Assembly: GCA_036172245.1 (NCBI GenBank)
Contig: JAYWIR010000026.1
Location: forward strand, 1,240,001 to 1,304,000
From: Raillietiella orientalis
Taxonomy: Eukaryota
Direction of reading: 5' to 3'
DNA length: 64,000 nt
Below the pieces are notes generated by a model. The model did no database searches, had not been told where the DNA came from, and saw only the letters and a program-made list of their open reading frames with translations. Shown here one piece after another: positions 13,701 through 27,591 of this stretch (positions within the stretch are counted from its first letter, which is position 1; each line of letters opens with the position of its first letter). The position numbers were made by a program, and so were the translations under genes.

Positions 13701-14884
13701 CCTTTCTTGTACTCCATCTCCGCCGCATCAACCGATGTGGGCTACAGCTGCGGAGGGTGACTGCCTTGGTTTGGAAAAATCAAGGATGGATCACCTGTCG
13801 CCCCGCGAACTGTAGTGCCTGGCTGCAGGAAACCGCTTGCACGTGGGTACAGAGCGGCATGCAACACGCCCTACAGGAACGACGGTTCCTGTTTGGGTGC
13901 TGCAGAAGTTGCACTCTCCGAGAGATCCTGGAGGATCCAAAGAAGAGAGCGTAGTCAGGAAGAACCCCCCTCGCCGCTGTGCTGGCTCCCCTAAGGGAAG
14001 ATTTGGACAGCGATGTTGCGGTGAAGTGGGAGGTTAAGGTAACAATCTCAGGAAGGGAGAACAAGATAGGAGCGTGGAAGACGGGCCAGCTAACTGGCCC
14101 GTCTAGTATACCTCCCAATGGGCTTCTGCTCTGGGGCACGCTGATCGATGTTTCGGTCGGACATCTGAAGTGGTCCCCGGCGCTAATGAACACCTTCACC
14201 CTCCTTTTAAAATGTCAGGAGTCGGCTCTACTGTTGCAGTACTGGGGACTCCCGTGCAACGTCCGCCGCACCACTGGACCTGGGGAGCGGTCGACCCCAA
14301 TTCCGTTAGGTGTGGGGAACGGGAGTCCCTCCCCCACCTCCTTGTGGATTGCGTTGCCCTTCCGCCCCTTTGGTTACGCTTTGCCGCAGCCATCGGAATC
14401 CCCTGCGGCAACCCCAGGGACGCTTTAAAAGCCCTCTTCGTTGCCGACGTCCTTCGGCCTGCGGCCTCGTTAGCAACCCTGTGCTGCCTTCGCGGGATCG
14501 TCGGCGCTTGGAGCAAGGCAACGGGAGGACCTCGCGATAAGGGCGCCATCCAGCGCGCCGCCGAATTTTTCGAGAGGGCGACGCGATGGCCTCACCTGGA
14601 TCCAGCAATTCAGAGAGAGCTTGCCGGCATCCTGGGAAGGATGCAACGTCCCCAGCAGCAACAGTGATCTTTTCCCGTACCCTCCCATCTTTTCTTCTCT
14701 TTTTGTTTAGTTTTTTTTGTTTATCCCTCTTCCCCCTGCTGCCGTGGTGGACCGTACCGGTCTGCGAACCGGTGATCCGGCAGGCTCTGTAGTGTTTCTC
14801 TGGGCGTGGCTGTATCACTGGTCCAACCACAGCGCGTATTAAAGTTTGTTTTTTAAATAAACGCCCCGGCGACACGGGTGAAAA
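10750..14884 (+). mobile_element. 5'-truncated, frameshifted L1/Tx1-clade non-LTR retrotransposon (end of ORF1, ORF2 APE-RT-CCHC, 3' UTR)
   Basis: APE motifs IAVWNVNS (about 10855), AGDFN (11277-11291), IDHVF and LSDHRPI (about 11655-11745); RT motifs NWRPITIVNVDAKLLAK, DLRKAFDCV, GDSLSPLLF, AYADDL (12395-13270); GGLGL (about 13555); decayed zinc knuckle SVRCGERESLPHLLVDC (about 14300-14350); stop at 14667; AATAAA at 14856-14861, a hairpin and AAAA at 14881-14884. The 5' boundary is approximate. Confidence 0.9.
11300..11534 (+). mobile_element. Nested 235-bp 3'-terminal fragment of a related non-LTR element, flanked by a 16-bp target-site duplication
   Basis: ATTTTAACGTTCGCCT occurs at 11284-11299 and 11535-11550. 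Removing the insert plus one copy restores YLAGDFNVRLKPDG...IDHVF...SDH. The insert ends AATAAACGTCCCGGCGTGACCGGGTAAGAA, like the host 3' end. Confidence 0.85.
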
Positions 14885-16599
14885 TCGAATGTTGCTGGGA
14901 TCGGCAAGCAGATGGTGCTTCATTCTGGATGGTGCCGTTGGTTGCACCCCTCTCCGACCTGCTCTGGCTGAACCAGGAACACATCGAAAGCCGCCACCTG
15001 TGTCGCGACGGGAATTTCGGTTCCTCACGAAAGGCGAGGTTTTCCGGTGACGAAATGCTCACGGGCACAGGTGAGGGCTTTGGGCAAGTCGCTTTCTTTT
15101 GCATCAGGGCCGCTGATCTCCCGGGTGCGCTCTGGGTCGAGCGGCAGGTGACGAAGTCTTCCACAGATCCGCTTCCCCATGACATTCCCCTGTTTGCGGT
15201 CTCCGACGTAACCGCCGTCGTCGAACTCTGAAAACACTATTGGCATTTCTAGGTTAACTTCGGAATCATTTGCGTTTCCGGGAACACGGGAAGTTGGGAT
15301 TTCCACGTGGCGAAAGGCCGACTCAGCAACATCCGAGCGTCCGTTCCCGCTAACTACGCGAGCAGAAGCGCATCTGCCTCCCGATTTGGAGCGCGCGACC
15401 GGGACGCTGGTCAAACGATTGAAGCGGCGAGCCACGCGTCTCACAAAAAACGTCGGAAGTAGAAAGGAACGCACAGCATCGGATCGGGCAGCTACAGATC
15501 CTTGTGAAATGAGAAAATCCACCTTCCACGGAATGCTGAGAAAATAGCATTTCCGAGATGGGCAAAGAAAGAAACCTCGTGGCCGTCTTCCGCCGGGGGC
15601 TCCGTTACCAAAGTTCGTCCTCCACGGAGAAGCGGAAGACGGCAAGTCCATCTTCTCAGGAGTGACCAGAGTCTTGCGAAGGGTGCCCGTCAGGGAGAAA
15701 AGCTAGAAAGGTCCTCGGTGAGGAGAATTGAATGGGGATTCGTCTGAGAAGGGGCGCACCATCGTTTTGAGGGAACCTGCAGGAATCGATGCTGATGGTT
15801 GCGGAGCTCTCAGGAGGAAAGAAGGGGGTTCCTGAGAGGAGGTGCGGTCACGCATTGAGCATCCTCCGGGAAGAGCTGCGAGTGAGTCGTCCGTCGAAAG
15901 TTGGGATTCTGCACCGGCTGCTTGCCGCAGTTCCCCGTTAAGGTTGTCTCGATTCCCTGCGTCTGGAAGAAGACCTATTTCCCTTTCGGATGCACCCTCT
16001 ACTCTGAAAGAACGGGATCCATCAGAGGACTCTCCGCACTGAGCGGGTGTGGAAGACAGCACGCGAAGAGCGCTCGGCAGTGAACCAGAATGCAGAAAAT
16101 GCGCGTGACACCAGGCGGAAGGAACGCCAGAACAAAGTCTCAAAGTTGGAGCTCAATGATGTGTGTGCCTGGGGCACGCAGGCAACAAGAGGAACCACGT
16201 CGAGGAGCCAAGGAGTCTCTTGGGGTTGGAGGCCGTCGCGGTGAAGCACAGGCAAAGCACGATCCGCAGAGTATGGCTGGTGCCTGCCAACCAACATTCG
16301 AGTCGGGAGAGGCAGCAGCGCTGACATCTGTTGTCCGTCGCAAACACCACAGCGAGGTCTCGGCTCGAAGCAATTCGTCCGCTTCTAAGATTGTTAATTT
16401 CCGGTCCGTTGCAAAGATGCGTCGCCCCAGGGAATGCTGTGCAGTGCACTGATGAGTTGCCACGCTGGCCAGAATCTTCCTCGTCGGTACGACGTTTGCT
16501 TCTTCACACATGGCATGTTTTTTTCCGTCCGCTTGCAGGGAAAGGAGAAGGTCCCTGATTTCCAATTGCGGAAGGTGCTGGGACGAGAACCAGGACTGC

Positions 16600-17480
16600 G
16601 ATTCGTGGGCGCCCTCCCTGAGCGAATTGCCTCTCTGGTGACCGGTGATTGGGGATAAGAAGGAGTGTTGTGGGATAGGGAAGCCCAAGCGAGTCGCTTA
16701 GTACTCAACCGTACAATGCTTGTTCTTCTTGCGATGGAGTTAACGCAGAAGAAATGGTCTTTGTTAGGAGGCAGCCCGGGCGGTCGAGCAGACCAAAGAG
16801 TTTCTCGTGGTATTCCGGCGTCCACCGAGAGCAGGAATGAACGGTCATCTCGCCTTCTAACAACCCAACGGGGAGGAATGGGAGTGCTTCATGCGTCCAG
16901 CAGGTCGTGTGGCGCTCATTGGACGCCGGAGGGAATAGCGGTTCTGGTTTCGTTGGTCTCTAGGTGGAGCTGTCTAAAGATCACGCTTGGGAAAGAACTG
17001 GCTGAGACACACGTCATCCTCGAGGAAAGGTTGTTCTCCCGTTTCTCCCGAGTGAGGACGCCTCCGCTGCCATCGGAGTGCTTGCCGGAGATGAGGGCGG
17101 CCCAGTCGATTGGAACGCTCGGTCGGAAGTGTTGACCAGCGCTCCTCAACGAGGGGAACTGCTGGCTGACTACGCCTGCGACCACGCCGTTGGGCATCCT
17201 GCTGGCAATGCAGCAGTGCCTTGCACGGACAAGAATTCGGAACGGCACTGTCTGTCTTCATTACGCGGGCCTCATCCCCGCCTGCAACATCTGGATGAAG
17301 GAGTCGTCTTGGAGGCCTGTGGATCTCCCTTGAGAGGAGAGACCAGCACAAACGCGGTAGTGGTCCGTGACCATAGAGCTCAAGGCAACGAACGTTTTTG
17401 GAAATGCTGAACGCTCGTTGCTTTCTTGCCGCTGATGGTGAATACTCGCATCTGCCTTTGGGTTTGCAGTCTGCATTGGA
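16600..17480 (-). mobile_element. Decayed non-LTR reverse transcriptase
   Basis: Ordered remnants on the - strand: MLQAGMRP (QxGFRP), PIDWAALI..NNLSSR, AIPSGVQ (SGVPQG), RRDD (possible YADD), GLPPNKD (GLxLNxxK). May extend to about 19500, where KKNPQATW (about 18440) resembles the APE-RT linker. Confidence 0.45.
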
Positions 17481-20400
17481 CACCGTGCACCAGCGCATAC
17501 ATAACCATAACGTTTTTCGCAGAGAAAAGTCAGAGTTTTGACAGCGGATGGGGACTTTTACTCTTGATCCCGTCATCTGTCGCTAGAATGTGAAAACCTC
17601 TTCTGCGTCCTGGCTACGGATTCGCCTTCCTCTGCTGCGCGTTCGTCCTCTGGAAACTTTCGTCGAACTCGTTCGCGAGCCCAACAGCGGTTTGCTTTGC
17701 TGACTCGTCCAGTATCCGCGGATGCTGCAGACGGAAGCGAAAGCCACCTGTTCTCCCAACCGCTACGTCGAAGATTCTCACTGCCGCGAAGTCTGCTGCC
17801 AAGTTCCACTCATCTTCGAGGTTGCAAGGCTTCTTCTTCCTGCCGAAGCATTGTCGAATCGCAGGTTTCGCTGCTCCCCGTGCCTAGTGGGAGGACGCGA
17901 CTGCGAAGCACCTCTGGTCTGCACCAGAGCAATGCGGTGAAGTTCGTCAACCATGACCGGTGCTAGCCAGGGGCATTCTGCATCTTTGCAGAGATATGCC
18001 AGATCTTCAACCCTCGACGCTAGCGAGTCCGCAGCCCCACCTCGTTTTAGGAACGATGCCATTGCTGTTGGTGTCAACGTCCGCTCTCCTGTCCCCCTAG
18101 TTTCTATTGCGTAATTCCCCTCCCTTCGAACGTGCGTTGGTTACTTCTTGCTTCCCTGAACTTCAGAGACCATGCGCTCGCTTGGAAGGTCACAGAGGAA
18201 CCGGAAATTGATCTCCGAGAAGTGTGAAATTTCTCCGTTGCTTTTGTGGTTGAGGTTTGCATCGAATGCTTCGATGCATTCAAGTGAGGATGCGGATTAG
18301 CAAATGTTCTTCGGCCGTCCGTTTCATCCAGTAGGAATGGAAAACGCGTGGCTTCCTCCAGGAGATGAAAGAGGACCCGTACCTTCGAAAGAAAACTCTT
18401 GGTATGAGGAGGCTGCGTCGGTTTTGCGCCTGCCACGTTGCCTGGGGATTCTTCTTGCTCTTGGCATCTAAACTATTCCGTCGAGATGCTCTTTTCTTGT
18501 CAGTCTTCGGGTGTCTTGGTCTTTTGGCGAGAAGGACACCATATTGCATCGCATCCGTTCCATTGCCGCGATTCCTCAATTGCTGCAAAAAAATGGACGC
18601 TGAGGAATTTCTCTGTGGCTGTGTGAGCGCCGTGCAAACGGAGCTGCTCAGAACGCACTGCAGTCGTGGATTCGATCGAATGATGGATTCACAAAGGAAG
18701 CCTCTCCCACTGCTATGGCGCGGGCGGATTTCCAAAGGACAACAAAATACGAAAGGTCATCGGGGGGACTGCCAGTCTCCCGGTTCTACAGTGGTGGTCC
18801 TCATGCTGCACTAGGATGAAGATGGTGTGTGGATTAGCATCCATGCGGTCATGAATAATGGAAAAACCTGAAGTTTGTCTGATGTTGATGGGGAAGTGTT
18901 GGGACTGATCAAGATGAAGATGGCAGAATGAATGAAATTCAAGGCACAGCGGATGCTTCCTGTGTCATCCTCGCTCATTCCTCTGGACCGGGAACAGCTC
19001 TTTCGCTGCGAGCTGAATCTTCCTGTGCTTGCATGCGTCTTTCGACGTCATTGGAAATGGGTAGAGAGACAAACTGTGCCTCATCGGTTGCAAGAAGCGC
19101 TTCCACGTTCCCACCGTCCTTCCGAGGGAAGCATCAACTCGTGCGTTGTCGGATGCGGTGCTCGCAGCTCCCTGCAGCAGCGTGACGAGAGCAGCGCTTG
19201 CGATGTCTTTCCTTGTGCACCAGCGAGGGACTCTGAATTCTATGTTTCTTCCTGCGAGTCTTGGGGATCTGGTTCGATGGGTGCACACGAAATCTTGCTG
19301 CTGTTCCCTTCGGCTGATGAAGGTGCTTTGGAAAGTCCATAAACGAGGTTTTCTATTCCCGGTTTGGACGACTGGTAGCGGCTCCGTTCCCGAATCGGAG
19401 AACGTGGGGGCATGCGGGTCTTCTGCGCGCTCGGGCTCCCTGGATTCCTTTTGCGCTTTCAACCCTTTTGTGGGAGGTGGTTGAATGCGAAAAGGCAAGA
19501 AGATGCGAATGGTGAGACTCGATGTACTTTCAGCCGTTTCGAAGGGCACTTGGCTCCTCGAGGAATAAGGTCAACAGGATCCGCTGTTGCGTCACACGAG
19601 GTGCATTTGGATGCTGTGAGCGTGATGCGCGCGCGATTTTCTTTCGAGGGGGGTTTCCTGGAGAGGCGAGCAATCGCGCAGCTCTGCACACTCCGTAGAG
19701 GTGGCACTTCATTTGCACTCCGGAAGAAGCGCTCCGTCGGAAGGTGTCACGCACGTAGGAAATGGACTTGGAAATGAGCGTTTTTTCTAGGTTGCTATTC
19801 ATTTCAGCTGCATCACTGGGAGATCTGCCTGGGTGAAAAATTTTAGTTCCTATGCCCGCTTGCATGGACACCTTTTTGTTTAAAAAAAAACTCGTCCAGA
19901 ATTGCAAATGTCGGTGGGCTGCAAGGAAGGTCCAACATCAAACGGCGACGCGTTCCTCCAACGTCGATCTGCTTTTTTTCATTTTCTTCAAATTCCAAGA
20001 TGTGGTGAGTTTTTTTTTCTTTTTTTACTCTTTTTTTCATTACTTGTTCAGATGGAGGCGCCGACGAAAAGTTGAATGCGTTGTCGACTCCCAGCCATGT
20101 TACGATGGGCTATGGTTCCTCTAAAGGATCGAAAGCATTGGGTTCATACTCGGGGAGCTGCACAGTTCACGGAAACCATCTCAATCCGAGGCAGCGAGCA
20201 GAGCCAAACTACAGTGTCTGCGTAGGTGTTTGTGTCTTTGTTTCGAGTCATTATTTCTGCATATTCTGCAACGTAGCATGCGTGCAAGATGCGAAATAGA
20301 GAGAAATGTCCAGCCATTTTCCCTTTTGAAGTTCAGTGCAGGGGCAACACCGAGGAGTCAGCAATAGTAGTTCACCGGGAGCTCCCTAGCTATCATAAAA

Positions 20401-21180
20401 AGCAAATCTTCGTATCTAGATGGCTTGTTTATCAAAATACGGTTGTGGAGGAACGTGGTTGCAATCCTTCTGGGTAGAATAACAGCGAAGCGGTTTTAAA
20501 GAGTAGCAAGAAAGGTTTTCGAAAAGAAATTTTTGGAAAAAATCCAAAATATTTAGAGGAATAGTGATTTCTTTCCAATTAAAACAGACGTAGATCATTG
20601 TAAGCTGAAGACACGAGGCAGCTGCGCACCGTTGCCTTGCAACTGAAACTGCTCCATCTTAGAATAAAGGCTCGAAACTCTTGGAAGGAAATCACGTGAA
20701 TGGGAAGTTTTGTTCCAGATTACAGCAGTCAGGATATGAGGATGTTAGGGGTGATCAGCAGAAATTGAAAAATGGGCACAAGGGACCTTCCGTATCTCTT
20801 CCACAAGAAAATCCCACCGACTTGTTGCACTTTCCGTCCGTGACAAAAACGGGTAGTTAAATGACTCATGTCCCGAAAAAAGAGGGGAGGAGGAGAGGGG
20901 AGGCAAGTGATTAAAGTCCTTCTCGACAAGTCTCGAGAATCCTACACATGTTAACGGCATTTTCACTTTCATGTGTGATTTTCATCCCTTCGCTTCGACT
21001 TCTCTTCATTACTTTTATTTGCACAAACCTGGCAGGCCATCGTGAGTACAATACATTACCAGAAACGAAGTTTCTCGTGAAAAGATCGACCAGGTTCACT
21101 CCTGGAAACGGAAAAAATTGCTCGCGCCGTTTCTCAGATAGCCACCAGATACAAACACAAACAATCTTCATTAGTAGGAC

Positions 21181-21860
21181 CGAAAATGTGTTACCTACAT
21201 GAAGCACGTTCAGTCGATTGGAGGCAGTTATCGTGTGAATCATTAATCATGAGCTCGGACTGCAATTTAAATGATCGATAACTCCTTGTGGATCCGGGAG
21301 CTTGTTTTTTTGTTTGCATGCATCATCAATATCTATCTTGCTTGTTAATCCAGGAATCAATTATTGTATTGGTTAGGTAAATGAATCAGTGGGATTGATC
21401 TATGGGATCCTGGTCCGAAAATGTGTTACCTACATGAAGCACGTTCAGTCGATTGGAGGCAGTTATCGTGTGAATCATTAATCATGAGCTCGGACTGCAA
21501 TTTAAATGATCGATAACTCCTTGTGGATCCGGGAGCTTGTTTTTTTGTTTGCATGCATCATCAATATCTATCTTGCTTGTTAATCCAGGAATCAATTATT
21601 GTATTGGTTAGGTAAATGAATCAGTGGGATTGATCTATGGGATCCTGGTCGTGTGTTTTGGGTTGTGTTGGGGGTTTGTGTGAATCATTAATCATGAGCT
21701 CGGACTGCAATTTAAATGATCGATAACTCCTTGTGGATCCGGGAGCTTGTTTTTTTGTTTGCATGCATCATCAATATCTATCTTGCTTGTTAATCCAGGA
21801 ATCAGTTATTGTATTGGTTAGGTAAATGAATCAGTGGGATTGATCTATGCGATCCTGGTC
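21181..21860. repeat. Tandem repeat, 235-bp unit, about 2.8 near-identical copies
   Basis: Copies at 21181-21415 and 21416-21650 look identical. A third, 5'-truncated copy at 21678-21860 shows two visible substitutions and follows a G/T-only linker. Confidence 0.95.
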
Positions 21861-21899
21861 AGCATGAGAAACTCCTGTTCTCGTGAGGTGGGACACGAT

Positions 21900-24141
21900 G
21901 CAAAAATTACATGTCAGCGAGAGGTTTTGTGCTTCCGGTGATATGAAGACTGCCCCCAGAGAGATGCAGAGTAAATTGAAAAATACTTTGAATATCCGTG
22001 CATCCTTCAGACGAGGCTGCATGCAATTTCTGCCCTCAGAGGGTTCGACTTTTCCTGAATGGAAACCACACCGAAGCTGAAAGCTGCTGACACGACATCT
22101 CCACGAACAGAGAGGAGTTGAACTGCATCGCGATCTGGATTGCAGCAGGAGATTCGACTGGCATTTCTGCGGACTGGGTCGCAGAAGGCTGGAACCTGCA
22201 GCCCTCAAGAGTCACAAAGCCTCGAGAAGACACTGCGCGCGTGGTGGAGAGCTCACGCTGATCCAAATATTCATTCAGAAATGTAAGACTCCCATTTGGA
22301 ACGCCTGGATGCTAGCGTCAGGCACGTCTAAACAGATGCTCAGATTCGTGCAGAATATCAATTTTAAGTGACCTTCAGAGGTTTTATCCCTGTTTCCGTC
22401 ATGTGCAACCAATGCGTGATGCCAAACGGGTGCAATCAATGGCATTCCCCGCCTCCGCCGCCTACGTATCATCCCATCCGTCAGTCCTGTAAATGAGACT
22501 GCGTTTTCGGGAAGTTGCTTATCGTAGACAGTGGTCCAGCCGACTCACCAAGCACGCATCTCGTCGATGCCGTCGTCAGATGTCCGAATGCACCTTTTCT
22601 CTCCACCAGTAACCCGCTAGCTCCAAGGCATCTCCAAATCCTCCAGTACCTCTCCACTCTATGAAATCCAGGCTCCTGGGCATCCTACAACGAGTACTCA
22701 CGCGGAAGCAGGCACCCCTCTGAAAAAGTGGGGTGAACGTGCCGGTGCTGTTGCGGGATCCTGCGTTGTTCAGCAAGCACCAGATATGTGAGAACTGAGG
22801 AACAGAAGCCCCGTTGATAAGGCGTTTCCTGATGGACGCAAGTCCAAGGTTACAGGAGTTCTGGAACGGTGCATGTTGGAGTCTTAGCGGCAGCGAACAC
22901 AGTTGATGTTTGCTTGCTTGAAAGAACATAGCCGGGGTCTTTGCTAAAGTCGGGCTCTGTGAAGGATTCTCCCGAAACGAGAAACCACTTCCCGCCAAGC
23001 AATAGAGAGAAGATATGGAGAAACTGCAGAGAACCAACACGAAGTCGGAAAAAAATTCTTGTACAGTGAATCGGATAAAGTGAACCCTTACACTTGAAGC
23101 GATACTTCAGCAATGAAATTTCATCCCTCAAGCTTCGAGAGTTTAATAAAGGGATTTTTCAGTTTTTGCAATGGATTGTTTTCTTCAGTCTCCATGGGAA
23201 ATTAAAGTGTATAAAGTTTAATCGGGGCACATGAATATTCCGGAATGATTGCGCTTCCGTTGTTTCCTTTTCCTGCTGGACGGCTTGCTTCCGCAACTTT
23301 TGTCAATTTTTGTCCTTTTCTTACTGACGCAGCTTCTCGGAGTTCATTAGCTGCCCTACAAGCGAGTTGATTTCATCTGCCCACTGTCTCGCGCCTGCTC
23401 CTACTGAAAGGCTCTGTAATTGATTGCTCTAACGAAAAGTTTGCCCAAGTAGGGAGCTTCAAGTGTCTCAGCCCACGATGCTGTGATTCTTCGAAGGCGG
23501 TGAGGCTGCTTACTTACACTTTTTGAGGCAAATAAGCCGACTGCTGAGCACACACCAGATAGCATTTTACCTTTGCTAAGCATCTATTATCGCATCCCAT
23601 GAACATTACAGTGTTAGGTTCACTACGACCACATGATGAATGCTCAAAGAACACTTTGGAGAGATCCTTTGAAAATTCAGAAACCCTCATTGGCACTTTG
23701 CATTCAAGTCTCAGTCTTGTCAAAAGAGTGTCCATGTGTTTGTCCTCTCCTTGACGAAGATGAGGGAAGGCTTGAAGCCCCTTAGCGGGGTTCTTGTATG
23801 TCAACCAGCATGCCTTTTGCAAGGTGCAGAAGGTTCTCTTGTTTTTCTTGTATCCTTGCGTTCTTGAACTCTAGAGAGTCCAGCCATCGGGGAGAATGAG
23901 CATACGCAGAAATTCGAGAATTTTCCAGTGAAAATTCAGTCGAAATAATTCTTTTCGTTCCAGCCGAATTCCGGGTTAACTTGACTACGATGAAATGAAC
24001 ACCTTGATTCATCATCTGTGGTCCAAGATAAGAACTGTGCCGAAGGCATATCTCACTCAACTCTTGCTTTATTTTCCGATTGATTGGAATAGAAGCCTTT
24101 GTAGACAACTCGAAAAGGTGACGAGTTTCAAGCAGACAAGC

Positions 24142-24188
<47 letters not shown>

Positions 24189-24300
24189 GCTCAACCAAAT
24201 GGATTCCATTGTACAGACTGAATTCCACTCTCATAGCGAGTGCCAACAAATAGACAGATTCTTTTGGTCTTTGATTTGACGCTGGTTGCAATTTTGATCT
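21900..24300 (-). mobile_element. Decayed non-LTR retrotransposon, possibly restriction-like-endonuclease (R4/NeSL-type)
   Basis: RT-like stretch AKGLQAFPHL...RLECKVP...GRSEPNTVMFMG (23514-23822); GTGGFG (about 22640); downstream IDCTRLA (possible CCHC remnant) and LFVEMSC (about 22095, possible RLE core). Many stops. Confidence 0.4.
24145..24185. repeat. (AC)n microsatellite, about 20 units
   Basis: Directly visible. Confidence 0.98.
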
Positions 24301-27300
24301 AACGCCGAATCGCGTGAGGTTCCTAAACGTATTTATCTACCGTTCCTGCTCGCCTGCATCTGCTTAGAACGATTGGAGGGCTGGAAAAGGGAACCGTCTT
24401 CTCGTTCAACTCGCGCAGTTAAAGTGCCGTGGTATTCACATGGATCTCAGAGTGATCACAAAATCTGCCGGGCTTAGGTTTCCGTGGTCCTTTTATTCCA
24501 GTAATCTCACAAGGGAAATCTTCTGCGAGATCTCCAAGCACAGTAGCTAAATCTAATAAGAGAATCAATCAGAGAAGAACTATCAGGAATCAGAGCATTG
24601 CTTTTTCCACTTTTCATTAATCTTATTATGTTGCCTTTTAATGTTTTGTATTCCATGATTAAGCGTTAAATAATAAATGTATCCAATAGTAAATCCGTAA
24701 CTTGTATTTTGCCTGTTGATAAATCCGGAGACCAAGGTTATCCAGTTTCTGGAAGTTTCTTTCCAAGCCTCCACGATGGTACTACCTATGCACTGCGTAG
24801 GAGTTTGGAAGTACAGCTTCTGGAAGGAGGTCAATGAACTCATAATCTTGCACACGCATTTCCTAAGGGGCTTTGTACACCCTTCTTGAAGTTAATTATC
24901 TTCATTTCACTTCGTGCAGAAAGCAACCTCAGTACGAGGAAGCACAATAGTACACTGATTGCACGCGTGCAAACAACGTTACGCATTAATAGTTGAACTA
25001 TTATTACTTTTGGCTATTAGGTTTGCTATTCCCTCAATGGGTTGAGCAGGAAGAAAACTTGTTGCCTCTCCTGATAGTTACATAGCAGTGCATAATGAAA
25101 CAAAAGTCAACTATTTATTATTTCCGTTGTAGCTAAAGAGAAATGCAGAGAATGGAGTGCTATTCAATCAGCTGCTTTTTCTGCCATTATTTCATTAGCG
25201 AATACTCTCATTATTTAAGTGAAAAATACAAACAGCTGTTCTGTATTTTATTTATTATGAATTCTGGAATTCTTTGAGAGCATTTTCATGCAATCTTTCG
25301 GGCCACACTTTTGCTTTTAAATCAAATGGTATGCATGCCATTTGATATGAATACCAAATAGAGAGAATATTTGATGTGAATGTGAAAACTGTGGCTTCAT
25401 AAACCCAATTGGTCATTTCACATGCGTTGCTATAGAACTTTCGCTGATTATGTACTAACGCTTAACATACTGCAATAACCGGAATCTGTTCAGTGTACTA
25501 AATACACAGCAAATGCCATCATTTTGTTCTTCACCATGTAAATCAAAGCTTTCTCTATCTCTTCTTTCATTTTTTATCTACAAACAGAGGAAGCGTGATT
25601 GGAATCAGAACTGCAGATTTCGTCCATTTTATAAATCCAGCTGCTTTCCTTCCGCTGCATCTGACATTGTATTTCATTTGATAGATAGATTTAGGTTTCC
25701 TACATTCAGACCTCTTGAAACCTTCCATCTGGATACATTTTTTAGTAAATGTTTACAAAAATTTTGTTGTATTGAATGTAAGATACATTCGATATGAAAA
25801 CCATTTGACTTAAATCTGAAGCGTAAACAGTTATTTCTCACTTAAGATCAAGCTATAAGTCCATCGTATCCACTCAGCATCTCATATATTGGTATGATTT
25901 CGTATTTTTTGCTTTTACGCTTTTCTATTAGCATTATTGGAAATAGATTTTCACAAAATGTTGAATCTGGCATTTTATATGCAAGGCAATCTTCTGATGC
26001 TGAAGACAAAAACGAAGAAAGAAAAGCTTAAACATTAACAAAGATTAATTGCTTTGTGAAAATAAATCAAATATCAAGGTATTCTTGAAGTTTTCGCTGC
26101 TTTACAGCATAGAAAGACCTTTGTTCTACATTTCCTTGCATACAAACAAAATCGCTTCAAATGAGAACAAATAAGCTTTTACTTCAGCAGTTTACCCTAA
26201 AGGAAGTACTGGCATAATCTGTTTATTTTCGTTGCATTCTTACTCCTTTAGAAAATCGTCGAGGAGTGATCGTCTTTCCTGAAAATAGAGCATCAATCTA
26301 CCAGAAATACAAGGATGATTGAGAGGTTAGTCTCATAGGCTAGGTATCAAATAATACTAAAGCAAAATAAAAGCAAAACAATTTAAAACGCTCAAAGTAT
26401 CCTATTTTGGCAGGAGATTTTCGAATTTATCTCTTCAAACATACGGTTCTCAGTTGTGTATCGGCATTTTTCTCCTTTTGGTCACAGTAATAGAGTAATC
26501 TTGATCTTCCCCTAAGAAAATCTTTTGAAAACAAGCTTACAAGGAAACTAATTTCATTTTCATATCAACAGTTATTTCAATGGAATTTGGAGGAGTTCTA
26601 GAAACTAGAGACAGTACACCAATAGCTTGAGAAGCTCATTTCCGTGAACTATGTTTCCAAATGCTTAGATTCCTATAAAGTGAAAATGAAACAACCTCAC
26701 CTTCAGATTTCTCACATTTTTTTGAAAAAGGAAAAAAAGAATCCAAACCTATCTGAGGAATGAATTCAAGTATTCTTAATGTCTTAGAATTTCCTTCTCT
26801 TCCTTTGTGGCAACGTTCCTATCAGTCTTTTCATTCTTATCGTTTAATGTATGAATTCAAACTAATCAACTTTTATAAATTTCAAAAGTTGTATTTTCTG
26901 ACAAATTCCTAATTCCATTACTCCCGATTTTCGTAATTTTTGAAAAATCGATTGAATTATCAGTAATTTTTGGAAGTTGTTTTTAACACATGAGCACTTT
27001 GCATGACTTTAACAATTACTCTATCTATCATTGCATAATTTTAACATTATTTCGAATAAAAAAAAACATCACACTCAAACGTTATAGACAAAAACTTTAT
27101 CATCGCACAAGTGTATTCACATTGAACTAATTATTGTTGATAAAGGGGGGCTACCCTGATTACATATATTTACGTTTTTTAGTAGTTTGTTTGATGGCTA
27201 TGCAAGTTCAGAGCTTGGAATGCACGGTATCTATTATTTTACTTTCATTTTAATTTAACTCAATGCATTCATGAAAGCATAACTCATCCATCTAGTTCAT

Positions 27301-27591
27301 GTTTTGAATGTTGTGCCATTACATTTGAATGACAATTTTTAATTTTTTTTTCATTTTGAATTACGATGGTTTGGAGACCCTCATCAGTTAAGGGGACAGA
27401 AATAAATAAATTATCTCTTAGTGGATTCAAAACGCAGATGTATTTGAATATCAATTAATATTAATTATTGTTTGGAGAGAATTATGTAACATATTTTTGT
27501 GAATTTCAGATTTCAAATAGTATACATTGATGTTGACAAGAAGCAAATTCATTGGTGTCCGTGAAATTTATTCGAATCATGGTACAGTAAT

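Noticed and set aside
10749..14889. TCGAA on both sides of the L1/Tx1-like element as a TSD
   Set aside because: Only 5 bp; cannot be told from chance.
21181..21860. CRISPR-like array
   Set aside because: 235-bp units without unique spacers, no cas genes, eukaryotic context.
25500..26900. Possible very old RT remnant on the - strand (FLRGRS, FSKGVR)
   Set aside because: Too few residues amid many stops to support a call.
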